Source: Lytechinus pictus
Taxonomy: Eukaryota
Assembly: GCF_037042905.1 (NCBI RefSeq)
Contig: NC_087252.1
Coordinates: 13,270,001 to 13,334,000 of the forward strand
Direction of reading: 5' to 3'
Length of the DNA: 64,000 nucleotides
Shown here: positions 38,182 through 52,325 of the stretch, piece by piece
Numbering within the stretch: position 1 is the first letter of the stretch
Layout of the letters: every line of letters starts with the position of its first letter
Program-made: the position numbers and the translations under genes
The notes under the pieces: model-generated
Databases searched by the model: none
Told to the model about the DNA's origin: nothing
What the model saw: only the letters and a program-made list of their open reading frames with translations

Positions 38182-40769
38182 CCACCCCCTTCCCCTTTTC
38201 TTAGTTCTACCCCAAAACACACATGAGATCATTATAATCATCATTCTTGTCAATTGAAATCAATTCCTGTTAGACCCAGCCACTGTAACCTGATGAAACC
38301 AACATAATAATAACTTATTGTCTATTTTTATGGATCGCCTATATACATCATGAATCATTGAGATCTCAAAGAGTTTGATAGACCATGAATGGGATTCCCT
38401 TGACCATATAAGTGTCCTGAACCCTGATGCTATTTTAAAGTGAGAAATTTTATGGCCTTATAATTGAATAATTGCCCTGAGAAGGCATTAAAGTGTCATA
38501 ATTCTACAGGGAAACTGATAAGCAAGGAACAATTAATCATACTCCTCATTCAGATATAATTTATGGACAAGGCTGAATAATAGGGTTCCATCATCCCATG
38601 TTCAGAACAAGTCAAGAGTAAATGATTCTTCCTATATGGTAGAAATAATCAATTCTTTCCTTTATCTTATTGGCAATATTTTGTGAGAAATCTTGTTACA
38701 CTTATAGTGGAAATAAAACATACAATATTCAAATTTTGATCCTAATTTTAAACATGTACTTTTGTGAGCTCAAGGTTGGCATTAAATGGACTGAATGTGA
38801 CAGTTTTAAATTTAAAAGCATTTCAAAATGTCAGTTCTCCCCCCCCCCCTTAAATCTTGAGCTTACACACAATAAATTGCTACATGGGGAAGCTGCTTGC
38901 ATAATAATCAAATTCTAATAACTTTTGTAAACATTGGCAGATTTTTCTTGACTATTCACCAATAAAAAAAAGATTCTGCTATTTTACATAAACTTTTTGT
39001 CAGGGTAAACTTCCCCTTTACTAAATGACACCAACTGAACTTCTGCATGCATGAATACCCATCCTATTAATCGTCTGAAGGTATGTGGCAGGTGGCAGTG
39101 CTATAGTAATTGACCCATCTTTCTTAGAAATAAAAGTCATCTTCATGTCATAGATGTTCTCTAATGAAATCAAGCTTCATGAATAACACCTGTTTTACAG
39201 GAAACTTAGGGAAGTAATAGCAAGAATTCAGTTCTGACTAATGATGGGGAAGAGGGGGGGGGGTGTTAGTGCAAGAATGATGCTTATAGTACTGATATTG
39301 TTACTCTTTCGAACAAGAAAGAACCAACAAAGAACTATATAGTGCATTCCTTCTTACTGCACTCTAAAATAATTCAACTCAATTCAATTGGCACATTATG
39401 ATAAAGATTGGCAAAAGGCTAAGTACCTTCCAATTAAATAAATGGAATGTATTAATTTTGACAAGAGTTTTCATACAAATGTTAGAAAGCAGGCCTAGCC
39501 CTCTGATTAAAGGTATCTCAAATTGAATAGATTGTTTGTAGTACGAAATAACAAAAACATTTTTTTAAGAAAAACTTTGTCCATTTCAAAATTTTCATCC
39601 TCAGCAATAAAGAATTAGACATATATCTTTAATGCAATTTTTTTTATCATGTTTCAGGTTGTTCACATCTGACAAGCTTATCATGAATCATTTTGTCATG
39701 GGTGCTGTTGAATGAAAAATCAGCTTTGAGCTAATCCAATGCAATGATTTCTGTAGCTTATAACAATAATTGGTGAATATTACTATTTATTTCTTGAAAG
39801 ACTCAACATCAGCCTACACTGGAAACATTTAAAAAAAATTTGAGATATATACATACCATCCCTTGCAGACTGATCCATCTCCGTTTTGAAAACAACATCC
39901 TGGATATAAAACTGGTATCCTTTGCCAAGGCACTAACTCCTGTTTAACACTCTACACCCAGGTGAATAAAATGGCTTCTTCATATATACTTTAGTATTAG
40001 CCCTTGAAATAAACTGTATCTTTGCAATGGTGTCCAGTGTCCAGGGCTCATGAAGTTGGAAGACTCATGCAATTCTTAGACTGCTTTAAAATCTGCCAAT
40101 GTTTTTTGTAAATAACATTCCATTTCATTAAATATTATACCACAGGTCTCTCCTTCACTTCCCTAATAATTAAATTAAATATTCCACTGCACTGATGACA
40201 TTCAGCTACTAATATGAGTGTAAATAGTTCAGAATATATATCTCAATGAAAGTAGGTCATAGGTATGCCAATCTGTTGTCAATTTGACAGGGATTTGATT
40301 ATGTCTGGTCAAACAATAGCCCATTCCAAGGAAGTAGTTTGGACAATGTCGGATATACACCCTTAATGACCTTCATTGTCTGTAATCATTGCGAAGTAAA
40401 AATAAAAAATGAAGATGAGGCAGCAAAACAGATGAAAAGAATGTGCTTTTTCAAAATTGAAACAGCATTTTCACCTTCCAAATGGTATTCGTATTGCAAT
40501 ACATCATCATCCCTTAAAATTATAATAAAACATGGAATTGAAGTAAATTCTTCAATTTGAAATCTTTATATCTATCTTTCATCCGTCAATGAAATGAGGA
40601 ATTGAAATAACTTCAATGTGAAATCTTATCTTTTGTGTACAATGCGTAGGGCATCTTTAGAAAAGACAGTTTACCAACTGCAAGATTTGAATTTAAAGGG
40701 ATTAATGATAAGAGCACCCAGTTGACAAACCACAGGGAAGCTCACTATAGCAGCATGCAGGACACATAA

Positions 40770-41166
40770 GGTCCGTCTGCATCAGCCTGAATTTTTCAAA
40801 TAATCGCACTATTTCTGATCCGGCAAATTATCCCGATCTGAACAATCTCGAGATTATTTGTAATGGCGACGCAACCATCGGGATAGTTCGCTGGATTAAT
40901 CTTGAGATTGCAATCCTAAGTCAACTTAGGATTATTTGCAAAATAGCGCGCTATTTACAAATTATACCATTATTCGCAGGTGCAGAAGCACTCGGGATTA
41001 TTTATTCACGGCATCACACCTAATGCATTGATGCCTCACTCGAGCATGAATTGCTCCTCTTGCGCTGGTGGAGATGGGGTTTCGTGAATCTCAAGATTAA
41101 TCGCAAAGAGGGCCGATCGCGCTAAAATCTTGAGATTGAGCAAACTCGGGCTGGTGCAGCACCGCC
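40770..41166. mobile_element. CpG-rich MITE with imperfect TIRs
   Basis: GGTCCGTCTGCATCAGCCTGA / TCGGGCTGGTGCAGCACCGCC, with internal AATCTYRAGATT repeats. Confidence 0.6.
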
Positions 41167-42627
41167 TTTTGACCGAGCCCGCCATAATTTTTAGGAGTAT
41201 GGTGGTACAATTATCGAGACAATGTAGATATCTTTGTCTTTCTTTGATAAACTTGGCTTGAAAAGCTCTGCATGGCTATTCTTGCCTGACCGAGGATCCA
41301 TTCAACCTGCTAGGGCCTATGAAAGGATCGCAATTATGATCTATAAATTAGCATCTGAACCACTATTTTCTTATTTTAAATCCTCGAAAAAGTCACCAAG
41401 TGCCTATAAGATTTGATAAAAAATGAATACTGCAGAATGATTGCAGAGCAATGGTGGTAATTTTACAGTAGGTGGACAAAATTGATTGGAAGGATGGGGT
41501 ATCATATTGAGGGAATTGGAGCAACTAAGGAAATGGTTTTGGACTGAGGGATGAAATTTGATATTTTTGGCCATCAAGGTTATTAGATATCTTGTAACTT
41601 TAGCCTATAATGTCCTATTCACAATTGAAACATAGAATCGGATGTTGATGACTTCTTCCACATTGTCTACAAGTTGTATTGCAGTAGTTGGATTTTTTTT
41701 CTCCAACCACACTTTGAAAGGGTGAACTGTATACTCTGAAATTCCTCTCAATGAGAAAAGGGTTATCGGATAGTGCAAATGAATACACAAAACCAGATCA
41801 ATTATTTTAGTATGGATGCCTCCATTTCATGAAGTGTCAATACATAATGATGCAACAACTATAAGAGGAACTGAGGAAGAGTGAATATATTAAATCATTT
41901 TGAGTGAAATACCACTTTTTTGTTTGTATGAAGGGTGAACATATTAAATGTAGAGTGTGAATTCCTTCGTGGGAAGTTGAACAAATATATTTTCCTGTGT
42001 CGACCAAGGGGATGTTTTAAAATGTAGAAGATTGAACAGATAAAATAAATATAATCAGTATACTTCCTCAAAGCGAAGGGTAAAAACCGTGTAATTAAAA
42101 GCAATTTCTTACTGTTAAACATGTTAAATTCAAAGTGTAAATGGCTTTAGAGGAATCGCAAGAGATTATATTTCTAGTGTGAATGTCTACCAAGGGGAGG
42201 AAGGGAGAGAGGATTTGACAAGCTAACCCCATACCACTCATAGAATATCCTGTCTAGCCTGAAGTCCGACTTAGCCGTTTTATTATTGACGTCACATCAG
42301 TCGCACCAAGGTTCTTCACGACATACCGTCATGTCAACTGTGATATCTTCGAAACAAAGAGGGCAGTTCGATGAACAGCTGTCCATCTTAAACTCGCACG
42401 GTAAATAAAAAATATTGAAGAAAACAAATTCTCAAAACAGCAGATAAACAACCTACACGTACAGCCATTACCAGGGACCCATCTTACAAAGAGCAACAAT
42501 ATATTCAAGTCAAACTCAAATTGCAGTAGATCTAGAGTAGATCTTAACTACACAAATTTAGATCAATTGTAATAGAATTTGATTCGAATCTACCATGTTT
42601 CTATGTAAGATTGTGCGTATGCAGGCC

Positions 42628-43000
42628 AGAGCTTGAACTTTCTACTTTCTTGGGGGGACCCCCCCAGAGAGAGAGATTTACAGGTTAGAAATAAGAAGTC
42701 TACTAATAACAAACTTCTCAAACTAAAATTCAGTCTTCTCTGACATCTGAGTTTTAGCTGATTGATATGTTTTTCAACAATTGAATAAAGCTGTATTCAT
42801 GCATTTAGAACTAAAGCTTGAACTTTCTTCTTTCTTGGGCATGACCTACCCCCCCCCCCCCAGAAAGAGAGATTTACAAGTTCGCAGTAAGAAGTCTACT
42901 AATCACAAACTTCTCAAACTAAAATGCAGTCTTCTCTGACATCTGAGTTTTAGCTGATGGATTTGTTTTTCAACAATTGAATAATGCTCATGCATTTAGA
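42628..43000. repeat. Tandem duplication, ~185-bp period
   Basis: AGCTTGAACTTTCT...GCATTTAGAA blocks beginning near 42628 and 42813. Confidence 0.9.
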
Positions 43001-43785
43001 AATACAAATCATGAAAAGGGGTCTGAAATACAAAACTAATCAGCTCTGTGGACTTGACCTCCATTAGGGGGGCTGATAGGGAGAAATAACACCAGTAGAG
43101 GTTAATGGAGGTGATCCCTGTAGGGTCAAAGGTCAAATGAGTTTGACGATGTCACTCTGGAAGGTAGAGGCCACTGATGAGTCAGAAGCTTGTTATTTTG
43201 ATGAGGTAATCCCCCAAAGTTAAATTCAGTTGTGAAACTATTTTTTTTATTCATACCAGTATGTAATTTCTTGGTAAACTGATGCTATACAAGGTATGAC
43301 GTGGCAAAAAATGAAGAATATTTGACATATCATTCAGAACAAAACAAAATAAAACAATAACAACGAGGGAAAAAGAGACTAGACTGCTATTTTCGTTGAA
43401 TACCAGGACCGGTGTAGTAAAGGAAGTTGGAAGAGGATATATTTAGATTGAAATGAAAAAATAAAAGACCTATACAGCAATTTCAGCACGAAAAAAGGAA
43501 ATATAATTAATTGCAATGTGTGTTTTACATTGTTATCTTGATCAGACCAGAAACCTGTTCATGTTTAGAAATGATGTTGTACTGTAAAACACTGTTTAGA
43601 TTTTTCATCATGCTGTTATAAGCATGTCACTCTCAAAAACTATTGTTCAAAGTTTAAAACAAGTTGTTTACAAAATTTTTAACAATTTCATAAAAGTTTA
43701 CACAATTTCATAAAAGTTTTAACAATTGTTTGAAAGTTAAATCAACTTGTTGTTAGAGTGAAAGGCTTTAAAAAAACTTTCTTAA

Positions 43786-44186
43786 AGCTAAATTACAGTA
43801 GTTGCAGTAAAACACTGATTTCGTGAGAAAGTCTGTAAAACCAAGGTTAAGTACATGTATGACTATATCATCGTGGATCTAGATCTGGTAGTTACATAAA
43901 CTGAACTTTGTGAAATCATAAAATCTAAGCTGAAATACGATCACACTGAAGATCGCCAACACAGATAGGCACATGTGGGACAGTGTATTATTATTGCTGG
44001 AATAAAGACCCGACGGAAGTGACCGAATCCGCGCTTATTTTGCTTATTTCTCAGCAATTACACAATTTCTTCCAGAATCCTTTGGCAAATATATTTTTTA
44101 TTCATACAAACAGACACTTGGGTGGTCATTAACTAAGATTATGTAAAAAGTCATTTTGAGATCGTTACCAGAACTGGAATTTACCT
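43786..44186. mobile_element. Kolobok-like MITE (TTAA TSD) inserted in a CACWGTAAAA-family MITE
   Basis: TTAA-AGCTAAATTACAGT...ACTGGAATTTACCT-TTAA. The left flank (43580-43780) resembles the 133-308 element. Confidence 0.75.
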
Positions 44187-46119
44187 TTAACATTTCAAAC
44201 GGCATTTTTCAATTGGTGCATTTATGCTTCCCCAGGAAAACTCTTTACAGAGAATTGCTGATCATAAAGGTAAATTCAATGACCAGCGTTTTAGTATAAA
44301 ACAGTGTTAAAAAAAAAAAGATGGTGCAACCATCTTTTCGAATAAATCAAAACCCTGAATCGGGCCTGAGAAGGGGGTGCATAACACACACACCCTATCA
44401 TATGTTGTTCTAGATATATCATCAAGTTGCTTCTTAATGTCATCATGTTACTAGATCATAACTCCTGCTCCCGTCTGTAAGCCGTTACCTCCCAAATTAA
44501 TAGCCCACTTCCTTGCCGATTGTCGCCAAATACCACTGCTAAGATTTCACATTTCATAGTCATATCTTCATTTTTACAGAGGTAGTTTACATTCCTCAAA
44601 AATTGTTGTCATATCAGAGATGGATTTTATACTGCTGTATCATAATTTAATGGGGAGCATTTCATGAAAAAAAAACTATTATAAGCTACTGAAATCCTTG
44701 CATCTGATTGGCCAATAACAAATAAGTCAACCCCCCCCAAAAAAAAAAATCAATGAACTGATCGCTGAATTACACACTCCCCATGTCATATAATATTTTC
44801 CAGGGATCGTGGGTACCTAGATTATTGGCATATATACACATGGATTATTTCATGAAACAAAATAGTCAATGATTTTACACGATAGCTGTTATAAGCTGCT
44901 GATATCTGTGAATTTGATTGGTTCAAAACAAATGAGTCAATATATACCTGGGAACATTTCATTAAAAAAGGGATTGTGATTTTCAGTATGTATTTGTTTT
45001 AAGCTACTGAAATAATCGCATCTGATTGGCTCAGAGCAAATTTGTATTAAAATGAGAATCACTTTCATGCAATAAATTTTCTTTTTTATTTCTTCCCTTC
45101 TTTCTTGTCTTCTTTTGTGTTTTATTTATTTCAAGAAGCATCCCTGTCACTGTATCTTGTTCTGTGTTCCCTCTAAGCCTACATCGGTGCATGTTTTTCT
45201 AAACAGCAACATTTTGTTTCAATCAAATCATACAATACTTGATACTTGATGAGATTATTCCTCTTGCAGCTCCAAAAAGCTAAACTGGAATGAACTTTGC
45301 AATGTGTCATGACAGATTGGTGTCATAGTGAAGACCTCTATTGTACAATCAATCATTTCACAATTCAATCAATTCTCTTTAAAAAAATGGATCCCCAATT
45401 CCAAAAATCTTCAGTAACTCCTAATTCTTCAGGTTAGAATAAGTCCATGAAATTGAATATGAAATGAGAATCTGCCTATTGTTATATTTTTAGGCCTATA
45501 TTGTATATACATGCATATCATTATCAGTATTAACGTATTTAAATGACTTTGATGTTTGGTCTTCTATTGGAAATAAGGGAATTCACATTTTAATCTGAAA
45601 TTAAATTTGAATGACTATTCACTGCTCAATAAAAGAAAGCAAACTTGGAACCTGAAATAGGGTGAAGCCTCCAGATGTCAACTCCATTATCAATGTGAAG
45701 TGTGTTAGGATTAATGGCACACCCCAAGAAGAAGAGGGTAATGATGACAACAAGCTATCAAATGTTGGATACATACATCAACACTTGCTCCAAAATGTCA
45801 TCAATGTTATGGGGGATGCCTCCTATATCTCATCCCATTGCATTTACCATCCAGGGACCCCCTTCTCCAGTACATTAATTATGAAAACATCAAAAGCTTT
45901 ACAGGGGATTTATCTATATGATACTGTGATTGAGGACAAAGAGAAAAAAAAGAAAGAGAAAACTGAAAAACAGAGGGAAGGAATATTGAAATGAAGAGAC
46001 AAGAAGAGTAGAAGACTCTTTAAGATTAAAAGGAAGAAGATGGAATATTTTTAAAAAGAGGAAGAAAAGAATACAATTAAAGAGGGTAAAGGGTAAGAGG
46101 AAGATGAGTAGCAAGGGGA

Positions 46120-46850
46120 GCAGAATGGGGAGAGAAGGTGGAGGAGGGGAAGGAGGTGGAGAAGGAGAAGGAGGAGTAGGAGGAGGAGGAGGAGGGGGAG
46201 GAGGAGGAGAAGGAGGAGAAGGAGGAGGAGGAGGAGGGGGAGGAGGAGGAGAAGGAGGAGAAGGAGGAGGAGGAGAAGGAGGGGGAGGAGGAGGATGAGG
46301 AGAAGGAGGAGGTGGAGGAGAAGGAGGAGGGGGAGGAGAAGGAGGAGGAGGAGAAGGAGGAGGAGGAGAAGGAGGAGGAGAAGGAGGAGGAAGAGAAGGA
46401 GGAGGAGGAGAAGGAGGAGGAGGAGGAGAAGGAGGAGAAGGGGGAGGAGGAGGAGAAGGAGGAGGGGGAGGAGAAGGAGGAGGAGGAGAAGGAGGAGGAG
46501 GAGAAGGAGGAGGAGAAGGAGGAGGAAGAGAAGGAGGAGGAAGAGAAGGAGGAGGAGGAGAAGGAGGAGGAGGAGGAGAAGGAAGAGAAGGGGGAGGAGG
46601 AGCAGAAGGATGAGGATGAGGAGGAGGGGGAGGAGGGGGAGGAGAAGGAGGTGGAGGAGGAGGAGGAGAAGGAGGAGAAGGAGGAGGAGAAGGAGGAAGA
46701 CGGGGAGAAGGAGGGGAGGAGGGGGAGGGAAGGAAAAAGCGTGTGGGGGGGGGCAAGAGGAGAGAAGCAGAGGAATGGGGTGGGAGAGGAGATGGGGGGT
46801 AAGGCCGAGAGGAGAGGAGGAGGAAGGGGAGAGGAGATGGAGGAAGAAGA
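46120..46850. repeat. (GGA)n/(GAAGGA) polypurine simple repeat
   Basis: About 700 bp of almost only G and A; produces spurious poly-E/K, poly-P, poly-S, poly-R and poly-G ORFs. Confidence 0.95.
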
Positions 46851-46851
46851 A

Positions 46852-47062
46852 TCTTGATCATGTGACCTGAAACTCAGGCGGATGTTCAGTAATACTTGAT
46901 TAACCCATGGACCTACTACAACCTTATGTCCAAGTTTCATGAACTAGGTCCATATATACTTTCTAAGTTATGCTGTCATTTCAAAAACTTAACCTTCGGT
47001 TAAGATTTGATGTTGGAAAAGCGGCGCCTATAGTTTCACTCTGTTATGCAGGTGAGACAAAA
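46852..47062 (-). mobile_element. Truncated HINE/pearl-like fragment
   Basis: One partial core repeat plus the GGAAAAGCGGCGCCTATAG...ATGCAGGTGAGACAAAAA terminus. Confidence 0.8.
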
Positions 47063-47830
47063 ACTGTTAAAACAAAATTGTTGGAACAAAAAAAAACATC
47101 CAAACTCTCAAAATATATAGAAATCTGTAGAAAACGCATTATTTCATTAAAACACATTCCAATTCCTTAGTATTGTTTAGCTAACAGACAATGAATGGGA
47201 GCATGAGATAATGGCTGGCTGGCATCTCCAATGAACCAGTGAAATCTTTAATCACTTTCCATCCCCCAATTTCCATCAAAGATTTCACGGAGGATGATTA
47301 CCTTCATTATAACCTGTCTCTTCTGATTATCATCAAACCATCTCTCTCTAATATCATCATTACACCTCTACTCAATCAAGACCATTATAATTATTTCAAT
47401 GTCAAAGGGCACAAGCCCTCCCTCAATATTACCATAGGCCTAAAGTTGAAGGAATAAAACCATATAATTGTTTTCTATTTCCTTTTCTTTTTTTTTTTTG
47501 GGGGGGGGAGGGTCTCATTATCTTTGATACCATTATGAGCAGGGGCAAGACAATACGACATCATATATGACATATCTTTCTTTCACTTTAAGAAATCAAT
47601 TGTAAATTGTCCAAGGGCATGACAAAAATATTCATTTTATAGTGTGAACAGTTGGGTATACAAGCGATTTGTCTAATTGCCATTTGGTCTACATTGCACT
47701 TTGTCTAATAACCACTTGGTCTAATCATCACTTAGTCAAATTCCCAGATGGTCTAATTTCTGATTGGTCTACTTAAGATTTTGCTCTTTGTAAAATGAAA
47801 ATTTGATTCATGAACTAATCATATACTCTA

Positions 47831-48075
47831 CACTATGAATTCCACGGATTTAAAATAAATTCAGATTGGCTTTCAATGGTGACCAGCCAAATATTAGGTT
47901 TAAGCTTGTGGATTTGAAAATAAAGCTAAAAGATTTGAATTCAAATCTTTTGAGATTTAAATTCAAATCTTTTGAGATTTAAAATAAATCCTTAAGATTA
48001 ATCATACACCCAAAATTCGGCTAGTCACTATTAAAGCCGATCTGAATATATTTTTAATCCATGAAATTTTGAGTG
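47831..48075. mobile_element. MITE (same family as 13286) inserted into a TTGGTCTA-repeat palindromic element (~47660-48270)
   Basis: TA-CACTATGAATTCC...AATTTTGAGTG-TA. TTGGTCTA units lie to the left and TAGACCA units to the right. Confidence 0.75.
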
Positions 48076-49049
48076 TAAGTGGTGTTAGACCCTATGGAAT
48101 ATTAGACGAAATATATATCCTGAAAGGAATGAGAAAAACTGTAAATAGCAATTTGACCAAATGGTAAATAGATAAAGTGGATGTAGAATATCTAGGTTTA
48201 GACCATGTGGGACGATACCAAATGGAAAGTAGACAAAGTGGGCGTATACCAATCGGCAATTTACCATATTATATGAACGCAGCTTTAAAAGCATGTGAGA
48301 CTGAGTGTGCAAGATAGTGATATAATATGAAGACAGATTGGATGTCTAGAGGGGCAAGGGTCCCATAGCAACACCCAAACAAAAAGACATAATACAAATA
48401 TACATTTACACCTCATTATAACTTCCTCATCAACAGACTGACTGCGGATGCTTTCAAAATTATACTCCAGGTCTGAAATATACTTCTGTTACAGCAGACT
48501 TCTACTAGTGGATTATGAAGTGTGCCCTCTTTTGTCAAGAAATAGATAACAGGATAGGAATTACTACATGATATCTCAAATGGTCATGCATAAATGGGAA
48601 ATGAACATGGATTTTTTTTCCAAAAATTAATCTAAGCCAGCCTATTCTGAACATGCCGCATTCCTTCCATTCTTTTGCACAACTTTCTGCCTTGACTATA
48701 AGGGAAAAAGAACAAATTTTATTCATGCATGAAATACATATAGGCCCTAAAAATTTATTCCATTAAATTTCAATGTGATAATTAAGACAACAAAAAAATT
48801 ATGTTCAGATATTGACAAAAAGAGCATAATAAAACATAAGCAATTAAGTTTAGGCAATTGGAGATGCCTTCTATCTCATGCTTTGAAATTAATGAAAATC
48901 AATAGGGGGATTGCATTTACAAAGAATAAGCAAAGAAAATAGAACAAATAAATTGCAGATCTATCTTTGACATTAAAGCCAGATGCCTCTACAAGTAGCC
49001 CAGCTAGTGCCATAAATGCATAGGCATCATAAGAACAGGTCATGCTTTA

Positions 49050-49160
49050 TACCACAGTCACACGAGCGAAACCGACTCCAGACCGACTGCAGCTACTACA
49101 TCATTTCTAATGACATACCGTTGGTCGGTTTGGAGATGGTTTCATTCGTATGACTGCAGC
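49050..49160. mobile_element. Short MITE
   Basis: CAGTCACACGAGCGAAACCGACTCCAGACCGAC / GTCGGTTTGGAGATGGTTTCATTCGTATGACTG. A related end lies at ~9762. Confidence 0.65.
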
Positions 49161-52100
49161 ATGGAGGTGCAGAGAAAATAACCTGGTCCTACCTTGCTCC
49201 CGTAATGGGAGAGTTCGTAGACACACCAGCCTCCAGGCATTGTGGTTCCTTCTATCGTCTGCACCACCATATTGTCCACAAACATCAAGAAGGTCAGTCC
49301 CGTCTCGCCCTTCCAGTCTTGACCATGAAGGTTCAGGAGGGAGTTGCAGGAGGATGGGGTTGGTGAGGTTGGTCCTAGGTCTGGAACAGGTTCTTCATCG
49401 CTGGTTTGTCCTTCAGGGTAGCAGTCAACAGTCATCACCAGCAGCCATCAAGGTCTCAGGGTTTACTTGGACAGTAGCCTTTGAGGAACCTTCAAACGAC
49501 TCTATTCAAATGTACTTGCACGATGATAACTATTGCAGATTTCTGGTTTTATCCTTCAGGTGGTAGTCAACAGTCATCACCAGCATCCATCAAGGTCTCA
49601 GGGTTTACTTGGACAGTAGCATTTTATTGAACCTTCAAACGATTTCTGTATCCTGCACTGATGCAGATCTATTGGTTGATACCTGTTCTCGAAAGCAGAT
49701 CGCCAGATTAGAAGTCAACTCAACAACCATCACTAACATCCATCCAGGTCTGCAGAATTGCTTGGGTAATTGTAGGTCTTTGAAAATACTTCAATCAAAG
49801 ACTAGCATAAGTTAACAATGAATCCCTGATATTGGTATGAACTTCAGATATTTTCTCTTGCTACATCCATAAGTACGAAGAGCTGCAAAGGTCTGGTGAA
49901 TCAGATGAAGCATAGCCCACCTTGTTGTAAGTCTTGGTCCAACAACATTTAGAGAATCACTTAAGATCGTTCAATAAAGTTGATCCTGAATATCCACTGA
50001 AATTATTGTACTTCGTACAATATACTGGACAGAATCACTTGGTCTCACACAGTGGTCTTCAAAAATTCTTTTGTAATTTCACCAACAAGGTAACATACAA
50101 ACGTCAATCTTCATTGACAACTTATTCAAGTTCGATACTCATGTTGTTTATATTCAGTAGAGCAGAATTCATAAACTGCCGTAACATTGAGTACAATACT
50201 GAGGGAATTAAATGAAATGTTAGAACTTGAGCATCTAGTAATTAATCACACAATGCCAAAAGGTGTTAGTTCCTCGGCAGCACTTTAAAATCATGTTCCT
50301 GATTAAGAGAATGTCCTCTGAAGTCTTTGGTCACTCAGGTATCTGTCAATTGTTAATTATATCGTTTGCAAGATTGTATATGACTCTGATTGTTCTCAAA
50401 TCTGGACATCATTCAAGTGTTTCCTCAACTGGTTTGTGTAATGAATCCTGCATGTCAATAGCAGAAAAACATTTTCAGTCGACGATGTTCTAAGGGGCAT
50501 TGACTCCTTGCATCATGAAATGCAAAAAGTCAATGCCCGTTGGATCAAGCGAAAAGTTGAGATTAAACAGACGATAACTTAATGAAAGTACCATAATTTA
50601 CTTGTTTTGACTACTGATTTCTCTGATGAAGAACAATGAGTTCTGGCTCAAGCTCAAAGATGGAGATTAACCAGACTGATTCCTTCTGTGAGGTACAGTA
50701 TCTTACCCATTGACTAGTACTGCATTTGGTCTATATTATGGGCATGATAAGGTTTAATACAGGAGGTCACCAGGATATGCATTACACTACAAAACTTCAT
50801 CACTTAATTACACCATCTACATAGGACTAGATTGAGATCTTCCAGAATATCAATAATTGTTCATCAATAATTGTTTCCTGAGGACTGGTTAATGCATCTT
50901 TTATTCAGAAATTCACCTTTCAATGAAAGTAAGTTTTGCTCTAGAAGACCAATCAAATCCTTAAACACAGTATAACAATTCTATTTTCCACAAACTACAA
51001 GAAGATCTATAACTATTTTTCTAAACTGCTACATCTCCTCTCAGTGAAACCAAGAGTCAGAGGTGAATGGTATTTAAAAATATATAATAAAAGTTCAATG
51101 GCATTTGGTTACATTCTAAAGAATTTAATGTTTTCTGCATGTAAACTTGTACATCTCCATGAACCCACAATAAATCAAGCACTAAAGCTAGTCCTATCAT
51201 GCCCTATCTATCATGAGAAATTCCCCAAGTACATCTTCTAGAACATAAATCATTGTCTCCTTGATACCTCTTCTTCTTTGGAAAGTTGTCTAACAAAAAA
51301 AATCAGGCAAAGGCACCTTTGAAATGTCCACTCCAAAAAACTGAAAACTCTTTTAACACAAAACTCCTCAAACACAGATAGGCAAAGGTTTGTGATTTCC
51401 TGATGACAAACATTTGTTTCCTGTATTTCTGACCGGAAACCAGGATCATTATTTTCGTCCGAACGGTCATCTTGCAATCCGGAAGATACTCATCTGGGAC
51501 AAATAAATGCATCCAAATCTGTAGGTGAACTTCAGCACAATCACCAGTGATGGATTTATACTCACAAAATGGCAAATATGAATGAACCGTACACAATGAT
51601 AGAAGTCAAGAAAACACCTGAACAGAAAAATGAACAATTTTTTGTCCAAATGTTCACTTTGCTTAACCACCTTCAAGATCCAAATGGCGCAATGATGCAT
51701 CTCAATCAGTCTGTAAACAACATAAGAAATCACGATTGCGCCTGACCAGAAAACTGGACCATTGTTTAGTCCACAGACTCATCTCGCCACCTGACAACTC
51801 CTCAACTGGGCCAAACAAATGCATCCAAACCAGTAGGTGAACTTCACCAGCATCTACAGAAATATTTTGAAATGGATTAATACCCCAAAAATGACAAATA
51901 TCAACCAACTGTAAACAACCAAAGAAATCAAGAAAACACCAGTTCCCCAAAGACCTGTGACTCAGGCACGAAACATCCACTAAGCTGCTTAGTCAGATAG
52001 AATCTCCCTTTTCCCCTTTTTTCCCCTTAAAATCCAATCAGATTCTGTAGAAAATTACATGTTGCAAAAGTAAAGAGAAGGAAGGAGAAGTTCAAATAAC

Positions 52101-52190
52101 TTTTAAGTTGCTTTCATACCAAACTGATCACAAAAAGTACCTGGTGTTTTGTGATACGGGATACTTCTAAGATCTGAAAATACCAACAGA

Positions 52191-52325
52191 GGGAGTGTTT
52201 CATGAAATGTTTTGTCAGTGACTTTTTCACAAATGTTATAAGCTATAAGCAAATCTTTGCATCTGATTGGCTCAAAGCAAATGAGTCAGTGAAATATCTG
52301 ACAAAACTTTTTATGAAATACTCCC
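52191..52325. mobile_element. Short MITE with central TGATTGG motif
   Basis: GGGAGTGTTTCATGAAA / TTTTATGAAATACTCCC. Degenerate relatives at ~34046, ~44652, ~44845 and ~44949. Confidence 0.7.

Noticed and set aside
45914..46940. Long ORFs (315 aa Pro-rich, 287 aa Ser-rich, 191 aa Arg-rich, 181 aa Glu/Lys-rich) resembling extensin or neurofilament
   Set aside because: They arise in several frames on both strands from a stop-poor GGA simple repeat and run into a TE fragment. There are no splice signals or unique domains.
49142..49438. Vague resemblance of a minus-strand frame to P2X7-like C-terminal or transposon accessory domains
   Set aside because: Key conserved residues are absent, and the end of the ORF is contributed by the 49050-49160 MITE.
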